From positions 44,144,001-44,208,000 of the forward strand of contig OX597832.1 in the NCBI GenBank assembly GCA_951406725.2: a DNA stretch of 64,000 bases, read 5' to 3'. A model generated the notes under the pieces. That model was not told the origin of the DNA, did no database searches, and saw only the letters and a list, made by a program, of their open reading frames with translations. The DNA comes from Octopus vulgaris (Eukaryota). Positions 1-12,404 of this stretch are shown in pieces; the first letter of the stretch is position 1, and each line of letters begins with the position of its first letter. The position numbers and the translations under genes are program-made.

Positions 1-238
1 TAAATTCTTTGTTACATTTAAAATTAATTGAAAGAAACAAACACAGAACATCACAAAATAAATGCGGTAACAAAAGGGTTAAATGCCAATGGGTAAAAAG
101 AAACTAGCCTCAAGAATAAAATTTATGAAATATTATTGCTTACTTTAAAGAAACAAATGGAAAAGGAGAAGGGAGTCTTCAAGGAACTGATAGACATTAC
201 TATAGGCAGTTGTTTAATTACTCTTTTTTTCATTCCAG

Positions 239-328
239 TGTGTCCAGTATGTTGATGCTTCTGTGCTTCCAGAACTGATACCACGTCTCATAGAATTAAT
301 CAAAAGTGGAATCGGTGTCGGAACTAAG
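239..328 (+). CDS. ECPAS: ECM29/ECPAS proteasome adapter, internal exon (first in window)
   Basis: cag|...|gtcagt; [30 protein letters not shown] resembles the vertebrate ECM29 segment [30 protein letters not shown] (recalled). Confidence 0.93.
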
Positions 329-486
329 GTCAGTGGTTAGGCTTTTAACTTTTCAAATTTGCATTTGTAATTAAATTTAACCTGTCAGAGAAGGTGGCTG
401 GACCTTCACTGCCTCTAATTATTTGATGCTCTTCGGAGTAGTTTTTTATCGACATCTCTCTACAGCTGGTTGCTTTTTAATTTCAG

Positions 487-553
487 GCAGGGTGTGCTAG
501 CTTCATCACTTCCCTGGCTACTCACTGTCCCCATGACTTAACACCTTATGCAG
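487..553 (+). CDS. ECPAS: ECM29 exon
   Basis: AG/GT bounded, phase 0-1; AGCASFITSLATHCPHDLTPYA(G). Confidence 0.92.
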
Positions 554-984
554 GTTTGTTCATTTTTCACATTTTCAATAATTTGTTTAGTCATTTCTTG
601 TATACTTCTAATTGTAAAAACTTATCATTCAGTGTTTCCACATTGCATATTCTATCCCTGACTTATTTTTGCCTGCTTCTGGCCTGTAGATTGACTTGTG
701 CTCAGCACTACAGATCAATGAAGCATTCATGAATTATTTAAAGCTCACACTGTTTGTAGTAGTATATGACACCTTCTTACAATACCTTTTACATTTTAAT
801 GATATTTTATAATTAAACTTTAATGTTGAGCACCTGTGTTATTTAACGCTTTGGCATTCAGATTACTTTGTCAAATGTAAAGTTTATTTATTGCATTGAT
901 TTTGAATTTATCCTGCATTATCTTGTAATCTTGCATTTGAGATTTCAAATTTTTATTTTTACAATGAGATTGTTAGGTAGGTGT

Positions 985-1265
985 CATCATCATCATCATC
1001 GTTTAACGTCCGCTTTCCATGCTAGCATGGGTTGGACGGTTCGACCGGGGTCTGGGAAGCCAGAAGGCTGCACCAGGCCCAGTCTGATCTGGCAGTGTTT
1101 CTACAGCTGGATGCCCTTCCTAACGCCAACCACTTCATGAGTGTAGTAGGTGCTTTTTACGTGCCACCAGCACGGTACCAGGTGAGGCTGGCAACGGCCA
1201 CGATCGGTTGGTGCTTTTTACGTGCCACCGGCACTGGTATCACAACTACAATTTCCATTGATTTT
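985..1265 (-). mobile_element. Abundant SINE-like family with RTE-type 3' end and (GAT)n tail. Other copies at about 4871-5061, 7159-7530, 9487-9723, 14698-14965, 17050-17578, 19757-19983(+), 22176-22381(+), 31848-32700(+), 39247-39795(+), 49915-50330, 50719-50894, 59686-60262(+), 61161-61588(+), 62012-62390(+)
   Basis: shared GGCGTTAGGAAGGGCATCCAGCTGTAGAAAC...CCAACCCATGCTAGCATGGAAAGCGGACGTTAAACGATGATGAT; variable 5' tandem subunits. Confidence 0.85.
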
Positions 1266-1622
1266 TGAGCGATTTCGATTTCGAAGACCAAATATGGCCA
1301 GTTTAAATGCTAAAGGGTTACATATCCTCAAAAGCATGTCAAAGATACAGAAGAAAATATTTTCTCAAATTATGAAGATGTACCACTGGTGGTGCATGTG
1401 GCAGTTGTGTGAAGTTTGCAATGAGCCACCTGTGGCACATGTGACAGTTAACGTGTTAGAAAATAATAAACTTTTGTAAGGATCAGTAATTGACAGTTTC
1501 TTCATTCCTAACAGTATAACATAAACTGCTTTATATTATAGTTTCCTAATCCATGGTATATATTTTAAATGTTGTCTGTGTTTGTATTAGTAACTTATAA
1601 ATCCTCTTCTATGTTACTCTAG

Positions 1623-1714
1623 GTAAACTCATGAATTCAATGTTGACTGGACTCTCTGATCGTAATGTGTCCGTAAGAAAATCTTATGCTTCAGCTGTTG
1701 GTTATTTGGTTAAG
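1623..1714 (+). CDS. ECPAS: ECM29 exon
   Basis: AG/GTAAGT, phase 1-0; GKLMNSMLTGLSDRNVSVRKSYASAVGYLVK. Confidence 0.93.
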
Positions 1715-2147
1715 GTAAGTTATGATACACTGTCCACTTGTAAATAAATGTACCATTGCAATTATTTCTGTGTCTCTCCAAGTAAACAACTTGCAACCCT
1801 TTAGCATCGGTCACGGCTACGTCCACATGCATGTGGGCGAGACTGCGAGCTTTAGTTTGTTCTTACGATCTCAAGCACGGTAGCACGGCAGAGCTCCTGG
1901 CGACTGGCGCAGGCTTGCCGCTGGCAGCCCTGGCGCTTAGACAAGCGGGGAACGGAAGGCGGCGGCACCGTAATTTTACGTGAATTTACAGGTCGGACCA
2001 CATCGCGGTATCGACCGCGTGGATCTCGCGACTGCCGGCGAGCTTTCGTTCGTTCTTACGATTGCAGGCACGGTAGCACGGCGGAGCTCCCGGCGACTGG
2101 GGCATGCCTGTCGCTGGCAGCCCCGGCACGTAGATGAGTGGGGAAAA

Positions 2148-2400
2148 CAGAGTATAGGAGGCATCAGATGTTGTGTGCAAGAGAGGAGACTGTTTGGTCA
2201 CGTGATGCGTATGGATGAGGACGGCTGCATAAAGAAGTGCCGAGCTCTAATTGTTGAGGGAGCCTGTGGAAGGGGTAGACCCAAGATGTGGAACGAAGCG
2301 ATGAGAAAAGATCCTCAGACACTGGGCCTCACTGAGGAAATGACAAAGGACTGGGAGTTATGGCAGTTTGCTGTACTTGAGAAGATGCATGAAGCTAGGT
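2148..2400 (+). mobile_element. RTE-clade LINE 3' ORF fragment (degenerate)
   Basis: RRLFGHVMRMDEDGCIKKC...GRGRPKMWNE matches the RTE C-terminal RLRWxGHVxRM...GRP pattern. Confidence 0.8.
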
Positions 2401-2916
2401 AAAATTGCAACCATCCATACATACAGGCTTGTCCTTTACAGGTGCTGGTGCCATATAAAATGCATCCATGCCGGTGCTGCACTGAGCATACCCTTGGCAG
2501 TGGCACATGCAAAGCACCCAGACTTTTTCCTAAAAATATCAAAAATGAAAAAAAATCACTCTGGGTCCCATATGCAAAGTAGGGTCTCCCATAAACTTTA
2601 ATGCACTAAAACATTTATCTCTCCTCAATAAATGCTGCTGAAATTAAGGTGCCTCTAATATACTCATGCATCTTTTATGCCATTAACTACAGTAGTTCAC
2701 CAGGAGCTGGTGAATCTATAACACTGATTCCTTAAGCAGAAATGCTAACCTATTGATATGGTGTACAAACAACATAAACGTTCAAATTTGTAATAATATT
2801 TATATAGAAATAGTTCAGAGTACCATATTTATTGCTTATGAAATAATTTCAATTAAATATTTGAAATAAAACATTATTGGGTATATTCAGTTCTAAAACC
2901 AGATACATTTCATTAA

Positions 2917-3130
2917 CCCTTTCGTTACCAACCCGGCTGAAACCGGCTCTGAGTACGAATGTCTTGTTTTCATAAGTTTTGAATTAAAATCTTCCACCAA
3001 ACCTTAGTCACAATTTATGTTCCTGACACTAGCTTAATGATAACCAAGTTATTTTACTAAATTCTTTGTTATTTTTAAAGTAATTGAAAGAAACACAGAA
3101 CATCTCAAAATAAATACAGTAACAAAAGGG
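2917..3130 (+). mobile_element. piggyBac-type MITE family 1. Other copies at 1-78 (partial), 22650-22877, 53717-53927, 55541-55748, 61858-62458(-, SINE nested)
   Basis: TTAA|CCCTTT...AAAGGG|TTAA termini with TTAA TSD; near-identical internal sequence between copies. Confidence 0.85.
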
Positions 3131-3246
3131 TTAAATAACATGAACTTTTGCAGATCAGGGGGAGATGAAGTATATATGTACTTTAATAAACTGATAAATA
3201 AGCTTTGATTTATCTAATACAGGTATATTATTCATTTATTTTTTAG

Positions 3247-3310
3247 GTTGCTAAAGACAGCAGTACTGAAAAGTTGATGTTGAAATTGAAAACCTGGTAC
3301 ATGGAAAAGG
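3247..3310 (+). CDS. ECPAS: ECM29 exon
   Basis: phase 0-1; VAKDSSTEKLMLKLKTWYMEK. Confidence 0.93.
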
Positions 3311-4065
3311 GTAAGTAAAGAGCTGTTTGCTTCTTTGTCCAACTGTTTTTCACATGTTGTCCTCTATTTTAAAGACAATAAGGGGTTTATTGAGGGAGAG
3401 TTTATCTGCTGCAACAACTTGTTGCATGGCTCTATAGACACATCTTTTTATTAGCTCACCTAGGAAACGTTTCCAAGTCATGTAAAGACGAATCTGTGCT
3501 GCATAATTAATGCACCATTACCTGACAACCACCTGCACATTAGTACTGTGTCTTTTATTGTTTACTTTTTACCTGTATGAGTCATTGGACCTTGGTTTAG
3601 CTAGAGTGGGCCAGGGTGGGGATGATCCCAGTATTTACCTTTTTGCTAAGTCTGGTATTTATATTGGTCTCTTTTGCCAAGCTGTTAAGTTACAAGGCCA
3701 CAAACAAACCAACATCATTTGTCAAGTGGTGGCAGTAGAAAAAAAAAATACACGCACTCACACATGGACATGTGATGGACTTCCATACAGTTTCCATCTA
3801 CCGAATTCACTCACAAAGGCTTTGATTGACCCAGGGCTATTGCTGAACACTCTTACCCGAGGTGACATGCAGTGGGACTGAACCTGAAACCACCTGGTTG
3901 AAAATTGAGCCTGTTAACCACATAGCCATGCCTGCACCTGATGATAGAATGCACAGAATAGTAACAGGTTAGATTGGGCATGATGGCTGACCCCAAACAT
4001 TTTATCAAGTAGCTCTATATTATGAGCCTTCTTCAAATAAACTGAATGTGGTTACTTAATGACTA

Positions 4066-4280
4066 AAAGCGGTGAGCTGGCAGAATCGTTAGCACACCGG
4101 GCGAAATGCATAGCCATATTTCGTCTGCCGTTAGGTTCTGAGTCGACTTTGCCTTTCATCCTTTCGGGGTCGATAAATTAAGTACCAGTTACGTACTGGG
4201 GTCAATGTAATCGACTTAATCTGTTTGTCTGTCCTTGTTTGTTCCCTCTGTGTGTAGCCCCTTGTGGGCAATAAAGAAAT
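4066..4280 (+). mobile_element. tRNA-derived SINE with Meta-like central domain. Other copies at 42726-42958, 32017-32423(-, dimer), 12415-12860, 54957-55310, 58945-59640
   Basis: GGCGGTGAGCTGGCAGAA...GAGTTCAAATTCC head (B box clearest at 42800-42812) and GTCGACTTTGCCTTTCATCCTTTCGGGGTCGATAAATTAAGTACCAG core; the 42726 copy has an 11-bp TSD GGTATGTGTTG. Confidence 0.8.
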
Positions 4281-4704
4281 ATATATTACCAAAATGCATA
4301 CACATTAGCTATAGATCAATAAAACAGGTGTATTGAAGCAAAAAATACCTTGAAGTATTTATTCTGCCTTAGTTGTATGGATGTCCCCTTGTTACTTGTT
4401 ATCAAAATGTTAAAGATTGCTGATATAAATCAGAATTTCTTCTATTTTTCTGTCATTGTCAAAGAGAGCTTAAATTATGCTTGAAAGAACCCTCTATGTT
4501 TAGCCCCTTTGTGGGCAATAAAAAAATATACAATTGTCCTTACAAGATTTTCAAATATGGAAATATTTCCTTAGCTTTGTTTGTTATTCCATAATGTTAA
4601 ATGTTTCCCATTATAAAATGAAACTAATGTAAACATGTAATGAAAGCAAACGGCTGCTTTAATATTATAATCATTTGTTAATGTTCAAACTTCTGTTACT
4701 TCAG

Positions 4705-4842
4705 ATGAATCTGCCCAAACTGCTTGTGGGGCCACCCTGTATGCCATCAGTCAACGTAGCCCGGATATTCTTAAAAGACATGCTGCTTTGGTGATGCCAT
4801 TTGTATTCTTCGCTATGCATGAACCAAAAAACACAACCAAAG
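4705..4842 (+). CDS. ECPAS: ECM29 exon
   Basis: phase 1-1; DESAQTACGATLYAISQRSPDILKRHAALVMPFVFFAMHEPKNTTK. Confidence 0.93.
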
Positions 4843-6556
4843 GTAAATAGCCGTTTAATTTATTAAGCAATCATCATCATCATTGTTTAACGTCCGCTTT
4901 CCATGCTAGCATGGGTTGGACGGTTGAATTGGGGTCTGGGAAGCCAGGAGGCTGCACCAGACCCCAGTCAGATCTGGCAGAGTTTCTACAGCTGGATGCC
5001 CTTCCTAACGCCAACCACTCCGTCAGTGTAGTGGGTGCTTTTTACGTGCCACCGGCACGAGGCAATGATTATTCAAAATAATTACATCATGAAAAATTGT
5101 ACTAATCTTTATCTTTTATTTCTTTTACTTCTTTCTGTTATTGGACTATGGCCATGCTGGGTCACTGCCTTGAAGGGCTGCACAGATTGACCCCAGTAAT
5201 TATTTTTTAAAGTTTGGCACTTATTCCATCAACCTCTTTTGCTGAACTGCTAAGTTATGGTAATGTAAACAAACCATCACTGGTTGTCAAGTGGAGGTGG
5301 GACAAGCATAAAGACTACCCCAGCATTGTATTTAAAATCAACATCATTCCATCAACACTGTTCCAAATATCAGCTCATTTTTAAAAAACTTAAAAACCTA
5401 TTTGAAAAAAAGGGATTTAATGAAAATGACAGCAAATTGGTCATTAGATTGTTTGAGTGAATGCCTCATGGGATTGGTCCTGATTCTTTGCACTCCTGAG
5501 TTCAAATCCTCCTGACGTCACCTTCACTTTTCATCCTTTTGGGGGTCGTTAAAAAATAAAAATTATCAATCAAAGGTGGCTGATTGGCCGAACTGTATGA
5601 TGTTGGATGCCTTGCAGTTTTTGTTCTGGCTTCTCTGCATTCTGATTCAAATTGCATCTAGGTACTTAAAATAACACCCTTACCAAACTTCAGGCCTAGC
5701 ATAGCAAGTAAAACATACTTCTTCAAATAAAAACTAGCAACCAAATAGATAGTGCTGGGAGGATTTGAGAGTGGGGTTTCTCCTTCAGCTCGAAAGGTCT
5801 GCACCCTGGTGAATATGAATGAATGAATTTTATATAGACCTTAATTATTTTGAAAATGAGTGCCTTACAAACTTTGCTGGAAATAAGATCAGTAAATAGT
5901 GAAACAAAAACCATTGTTGGATGTGGACCATCTGAAAATATCAAGTTTTATATCTGATTTTCAGTGTTAGCCGGGTTGGATGGACCCTTCATACAGCCCT
6001 TTGCCAATCATCTCAGTGTTTTATCACCTTTTTTCTGTGGAGCCCAGCATGCTGAGACATCATCATCACTTAGCATCCGTTTTCCATTCTGGCATGAATC
6101 GGACAGTTTGACAGGAGCTGGCTAGCCAGAAGACTGCACCAGGCTTCACTGTCTGTTTTGGCATAGTTTTTACAATTGGATGCCCTTCTTAATGCCTACC
6201 ACTTTACAGAGTGGCCTGGGTGCTTTTTATGTGGCACCTGCACTGGCAAGGTCTGTTACAGCATGGTTTATATAGCTATATGCTCTTCACCTCACTATTT
6301 CTTTCTGTGTCTTCCTGTTCCATGTTTACCTTCCATTGATGGCATGAAGCACATTTTCACTCAACATGTATTGTCCATTCACATCACTTGTGAATGGACA
6401 ATTTAGCACCACATAATAGTACTTATTATCACAATTTACTCACATTACAGCGGTTACCATAAAGGTACCCAGTCAGGATACAGTTTTTTAAAAAAATTTT
6501 TATTTTCATTTTGTTTTGTAATTGCTTTTTAATGAAATCCTGTTATCTTCTTTCAG

Positions 6557-6610
6557 ATTCTGATTCTAGTTTATCCATTTGGGATGAAATCTGGTTTGAA
6601 ATAGCTCCCG
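6557..6610 (+). CDS. ECPAS: ECM29 exon
   Basis: phase 1-1; DSDSSLSIWDEIWFEIAP(G), with the ECM29 WxExWxE motif. Confidence 0.9.
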
Positions 6611-7781
6611 GTAAGTTGAGTAAAATTTTTATAGTTTCATATTAAGACATGCCTTATTTATTTGTTTACAAGTTGAACTTTTTTGTATAAACTTCAATAA
6701 AAAAAAATCAAAATTTCCTCTTAGACAAGTGGTTCAGATATATTGTGCAAGAAATTTCTTCATCATCTAAACTATCCACCATTATACTAATTTTATTAAC
6801 ACTAACCATTTTACTGATTATACTGTGTGCATTTCTCATGGCACCAGCACTGCAGGGTTACCTTGTCCTCGACAAAACTAAAAAGCTCCCTCAAACTCTG
6901 CGTTGTTGCTGTTTGATTCAGTTTACCAACCACTTACAGAGTACACCAGGTGATTTTATTTTTATAAGGAATGGGTTTAGCCTGCAACAGACAATTCTGG
7001 CATCTGAGAAACTATCATATTTCTTAGAAGATAAGATAATTAATTTGTCAACTTTCTTTTGGAACAAATAAAGAGGTGAACAGACAAGAAATACATCTTT
7101 TGTATTAACAGGGTACTAGTGTAAAGAGAAAAACTGTTTTGTATTACTAAAGCACTGGTCATCATCGTTTAATGTCTGCTTTCCATGCTAGCATGGGTTG
7201 GATGATTTTAACTGAGGGCTGGCGAACCAGATGGCTGCACCAGGCTTCAATCTTGATCTGGCAGAGTTTCTACAGCTGGATGCCCTTCCTAACGCCAACC
7301 ACTCCGAGAGTGTAGTGGGTGCTTTTACGTGCCACCTGCACGGAGCCAGTCAGGCGGTACTGGCAACGACCTCGCTCGAATCTTTTTACACATGCCACCA
7401 GCACAGGTGCCAGTAAGGCGATGCTGGTAACGATCACGCTCGAATGGTGTCTTTTACGTGCCGCCGGCACGGAGGCCAGATAGCCGCTCTGGCAACGATC
7501 TTGCTCAGTGCTCTTTAAGGCGACGCTGGTAAAATAGAAATGGATTTTATAGTGACAAGACATTGATGTTAATTAAGAAAATGGTTCTGGATTAGCAGGG
7601 CACTGATAAAATGTAAAGGGGTTTTTTATATTGACAGAGTGTCAATGTTAGTAGAAAAGGGGATTTGTATTGACAGGGCACCAACATAATAGAAAAATGG
7701 TTTTGTAGTGAAAGAGCACTGATGTAAATAGATGTTATGTCTGCATTTTTCTCAATATTCTTATGATTTACTTTATTTCAG

Positions 7782-7993
7782 GCACAGAACCAGGGATTCG
7801 ATTATATCTTCAAGAAATCACTGAGATTCTTTGTTTAAGTTTAGAATCTCAACAGTGGAACACCAAAGGCCAGGCTGCCAGAGCGATTGGCACCGTAGCT
7901 ACCAAACTGGGACCTAAATTGACTTCCCCAAGCGGCGATATCTTACTCAAGGCTCTTTTAACTGGATTATCTGGAAGAACATGGAAAGGAAAG
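7782..7993 (+). CDS. ECPAS: ECM29 exon
   Basis: phase 1-0; GTEPGIRLYLQEI...LLTGLSGRTWKGK, with the ECM29 GIRLYL and GRTWxGK motifs. Confidence 0.96.
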
Positions 7994-8773
7994 GTCCGAC
8001 AATTTTATGCATTGAATATTTCTTGTCATTTTGGATTTAAAAAACAAAAAATGTCTTTTGCTTGTTTACTTTTTAAAATTGAAAAAATATAGGCACGGGC
8101 ATGGCTGTGTGGTTAGGGAGCTTGCTTCCTAGCTACATGGTTTCGGGTTCAGTCCCACTGCGTTGCACTTTGGGTAGGTGTCTTCCACTATAGCCCCGAG
8201 CCGACCGGAGCTTCGTGATTGAATTCGGTAGGTGGAAGTTACTGCCGTGTGTGTATGTGTGCGTGTAGCTGCTCAGTGCCTCTCCAAAAGAGAGAGAGAG
8301 GGAATATCTAAAAAGAAATTAGCAAATTTTAAATTAATTTATAGTGTTCTTTGATTAATATTTCAAGATTGGGCTCAGGCGTAGCTGAGTGGTAAGAAGT
8401 TTGCCTCCCAACCACGTGGTTCCGGGTTTAGACTCATTTGTGACACCTTGGGCAGGTGCCTTCCACTGTAGCCCTGGGATGACTAAAGCCTCATGAACGG
8501 ATTTAGTAGATGATAACTGAAAGAAACCCTTCGTGTGTGTAAACATGTGCTACTGTCTCTATGCCTTAACTTCATGTAAACAAATGTTATCATCATGCAA
8601 GCAGTGTCCTTTTGTTTGCAATCTTCGATGAAAATTTGTCTGATCTTGGGGAATATTTCCTTGCTCAGAACAGGTGACAGTTGATGGCGGAAAGGACATC
8701 CAACTGTTGAAAATCTACCTCAGCAAATTCTTCACAGAAAGTGGTCATTAAAAAATGATGATGAGTAGGAGGA

Positions 8774-9143
8774 TCTCTATATATATAAACGGCAAAATGT
8801 CTGTCTGCGTGTATGTCCTTTATACAAATCCACAATTTTTCAGTTAGAGAGCTCGCACTTTCTATGGTCATTCAAAACCGTCCTAGGGTGGTTGTGCACA
8901 TCTTTACATTTCCCCAGTCACCCCGCAAAGCCATTAATAAAAATCAACAGAAGTGACTTTTGTGAATTTTCTATCCAAAACCCAATCAAAATGCCTGAAA
9001 CTTGATACACCAATTGAATGCCAACTAGCTGTATGTGATTGGTCGGAGATTAGGACAGTACTCACGTGTATGTGCGCACACACACACAGCTGTATATGCA
9101 TGCACTAGCACTATGACCCAGCATTGCCAGGTTATTGTGCTAG
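8774..9143 (+). mobile_element. non-autonomous Helitron; second, 3'-truncated copy at 48358-48707(-)
   Basis: A|TC 5' end, CTAG|T 3' end, terminal hairpin (TAGCACTATGACC...GGTTATTGTGCTA), no TSD. Confidence 0.75.
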
Positions 9144-9340
9144 TAATGAGCTAAAGTATTTGCTAGTTAGTTTAATGTTTGTTTTTTCCATGTTTGCTTG
9201 GGGTTAGAGAGGGAATTATTGGCGGGAGAATTTCATGGCCAGATGCTCTTTCTGTCACCAACACTTACTTTGTTTTTTGATGTAAGAGATTTTCTAATCC
9301 AGAAGTCTTCAAAAGCACAGGACAACTGGCCATAATACCG

Positions 9341-9418
9341 AATAAGTAACATCAGCACCGTCACCAAATAAGTAACATCAGCACCGTCACCAAATAAGTA
9401 ACATCAGCACCGTTACCA
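9341..9418. repeat. 26-bp tandem repeat x3
   Basis: AATAAGTAACATCAGCACCGTCACCA repeated three times. Confidence 0.9.
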
Positions 9419-9838
9419 TGTCGATGAAGCTGAGATAAATGTGAAACAGCCACATTCATGAACATTTGCACACAGACACACACACATCATCATCATCATC
9501 GTCGTCTGCTTTCCATGCTGGTATGGGTTGGACGGTGCAGCTGGGGTCTGAGAAGCCAGAAGGTTGCACCAGGCCCAGTCTGATCTGGCAATGTTTCTAC
9601 GGCTGGATGCCCTTCCTAGCGCCAACCACTCCATGAGTGTAGTGGGTGCTTTTTACGAGCCACAGGTGCCAGGGGAGGCTGGCAAACGGCCACGAGCAGA
9701 TGGTGCTTTTTAAGTGCCACCGGCATACATATTGATACATGTGCACACGCACAAACACACACAATTGGCTGAAGATCATTTCACCGTGTCGAGTTCCTAT
9801 ATGATTCATACTGAAAGTATCTGTTGTTTTTCTTTTAG

Positions 9839-9882
9839 GAAAATTTACTCGAAGCTGTGGGGAAGATATGCTGTAACTGCAA
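9839..9882 (+). CDS. ECPAS: ECM29 exon
   Basis: phase 0-2; ENLLEAVGKICCNC(K). Confidence 0.9.
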
Positions 9883-10764
9883 GTAAGTTTAATGTTATTT
9901 GACATCTGATTTTCACTACCACTCTTCTTCTTCTTCTTCTCCCTCCTCCTTCCTTCTACCATTTAAGTCTTCCTTATCAGTTCATATTTGTAGTGAACAG
10001 GAAGTACATATAACTGAATCAACCTTCTGTCTGTCTGTGTGTATACATTTTTTTTATATGTATATGTAATGTATGTGTTAAATTGAGGATATTACTTTGA
10101 AGCTATTTCAAGACTAACAACAGAATATCTACTGATAGAGTTGGGTAGGTGACTCAATTTTCAGACTAGAATCGGACTTATTGCTAAATTGACTCGGATA
10201 CACACACAAATACACAAAAATGCTAAATTGACTAAGGACACACACACAGACACAAATAAATATAAAACATTTAGATCAGTTCAAATGTGTTTGGGACATA
10301 TTTGACATCTGGAAAGGTTGTATTGATTGCCGTTTGCTGTTGAAAAATAATTCTAGCTTTAGGCCAAAGTTGTTAGAAATACCAAGTCATTTCATGGTTA
10401 CCCTTTTGGCAGAACAAGGAATGCATTTCTAACTTTTTTCAGAGTTGTCTCCCTTGTAGACATCAGTCTGCAAGGGAGACAACTCTGAAATAACTTTTGA
10501 AGTCTTTGTTTCCTTTGTGTGATATTGGTCTAAGTTCATCATAGTTTAACGTCCGTTTTCCGTGCTAGCATGGGTTGGATGGTTCGACCGGGCTCTGGGA
10601 AGCCAGGAGGCTGTACCAGGCTCCAGTCTGATCTGACTGGTTGGGAAATAAATGTTTGACAGGAGAGGTAGAAAGAAGGGGACATAATAAAGTAGATATA
10701 TTGTATCTGTATCAACTTTGGTGTTGGGACTGGCTTCAGAATTCTGTTTAGTAGTTTTCTAGTA

Positions 10765-11083
10765 CCGTAAATCCTCGAGTATAATCCGCATTTTTTTCCC
10801 AAAATTTAAAGGTCAAAATCCCTAGTGCATACTATATACAAGGTTAAAAATGAAAATTATTTTCTAAGCAATGTCCAAGTCTCTATTTGCTGTCTGGCAA
10901 TGTTTATTCAGACGCATTTTGTGATGTCGGGCGCAAAAATACTTCAAGCTAAGCCTGAAAGCAATGAAGTCATAAAAGAATCATCCATAACTTGCAGTAA
11001 GCAACATTTATTAAACGTTATTACTGTTATTTCTTTATTTTCTGCTAACAAAATGTACAAAAATGCTACACGTTTGCATTATG

Positions 11084-11119
<36 letters not shown>

Positions 11120-11274
11120 AGGACGTTACCGTATACATTTTTACAAACTAAGGACATTATAAAGACCTCCTTGACTCAAGTTAGAGAAGAGGTGCGTATT
11201 GTACACAAGGTTTAGGTTTTTCAGAGGTACAGCCCCCTAAAAATCCCTTGCATATTATACTCAAGTATTTACGG
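10765..11274 (+). mobile_element. Tc1/mariner (pogo/Tigger-like) MITE; second copy at 29116-29628
   Basis: TA|CCGTAAATCCTCGAGTATAA...TTATACTCAAGTATTTACGG|TA terminal inverted repeats with TA TSD. Confidence 0.85.
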
Positions 11275-11430
11275 TATTTATGTTTCAGCTCTTTAATTCC
11301 TCTCAACTTCCAATTTATTGTATTGAAACTGCAATTTATGATTGATATGGCCAGTGCGTTTATTTCTACTTGTCATTTTCTTTCTCTTTTCACATTATTT
11401 TCATGCTTATTTCTAAACCATTTCCTACAG

Positions 11431-11485
11431 ACCTTTATTAGAAGACAGAACAGAAGCAACTGAAGATAAACCAGATATCAACCAG
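11431..11485 (+). CDS. ECPAS: ECM29 exon
   Basis: phase 2-0; (K)PLLEDRTEATEDKPDINQ; needed to restore frame between its neighbours. Confidence 0.85.
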
Positions 11486-12019
11486 GTTGGTAGATATTGT
11501 ATTATAGCCTTCATTACTTACATTAATTATTATCCCCCAAGAGAGAACAATCAGCAAAGGAATCTTGATGTTGTTGACCAACCTGCTAGAAAAAGCAGTC
11601 AAATCACAACTCTCTATCTTAAAAGGGAAAGATAGATTCATTTCATCATCATCATCACTTAAAATACCTTTTCGTTACTTGCATGGGTCAAATAAGATTT
11701 GTTGAAGCAGATTTTCTATGACCAGATGCCTGTCCCATTGCTGCCAACCCTCACCTGTTTCCAGGTAAAGTGATATTTCCTGTGGCCAGGTATGTTTTCC
11801 ACAGAACACTTGAAACAAAACAACATAACTTGTATGATGGTGATGCTCATTTACAGCCATCAATTGATGTCAAGACAAGGGTGCAAACACACACAAACAC
11901 ACACAATGGGCTTCTTTCAGTTTCTGTGTTAAAGTTGATGTATGTCCAAGGTTAAAGTTGATCTATGCATATACATAATTGATTTTATTTATTTTGTCTT
12001 GCAATCTGTATTTGTTTAG

Positions 12020-12166
12020 GTGCTCGATGTTGTCTTGAGAGAATGCAAGAAAGAGAACAAAGAATATCGAATAAAGGGTCTACACACTGCAGGTTCAATC
12101 CTTGAACTCTACAAAGTGGACAGGTTCGAGGTCCTCTGGCTGCTACTACAACCCTCTCTTAATACA
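12020..12166 (+). CDS. ECPAS: ECM29 exon
   Basis: phase 0-0; VLDVVLRECKKENKEYRIKGLHTAGSILELYKVDRFEVLWLLLQPSLNT. Confidence 0.93.
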
Positions 12167-12177
12167 GTAAGTATCTT

Positions 12178-12404
12178 ATCATCAGTACCTCCTCCTCCAT
12201 CATCATCATCATCATCACCACCACCACCATCATCACCACCACCACCATCATCATCACCACCACCACCATCATCATCATCACCACCATCATCACCACCACC
12301 ACCATCATCACCACCACCATCATCATCATCACCACCACCATCATCATCATCACCACCACCACCATCATCACCACCACCACTACCACCACCATCATCATCA
12401 TCAT
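12178..12404. repeat. compound (CAT/CAC)n microsatellite
   Basis: direct reading; starts just after the ECM29 splice donor at 12167. Confidence 0.95.

Noticed and set aside
868-1479. Recurrent ORFs containing FLQLDALPNANH / FHASMGWTV, here and at many other positions
   Set aside because: Translations of the same non-coding repeat family in different frames
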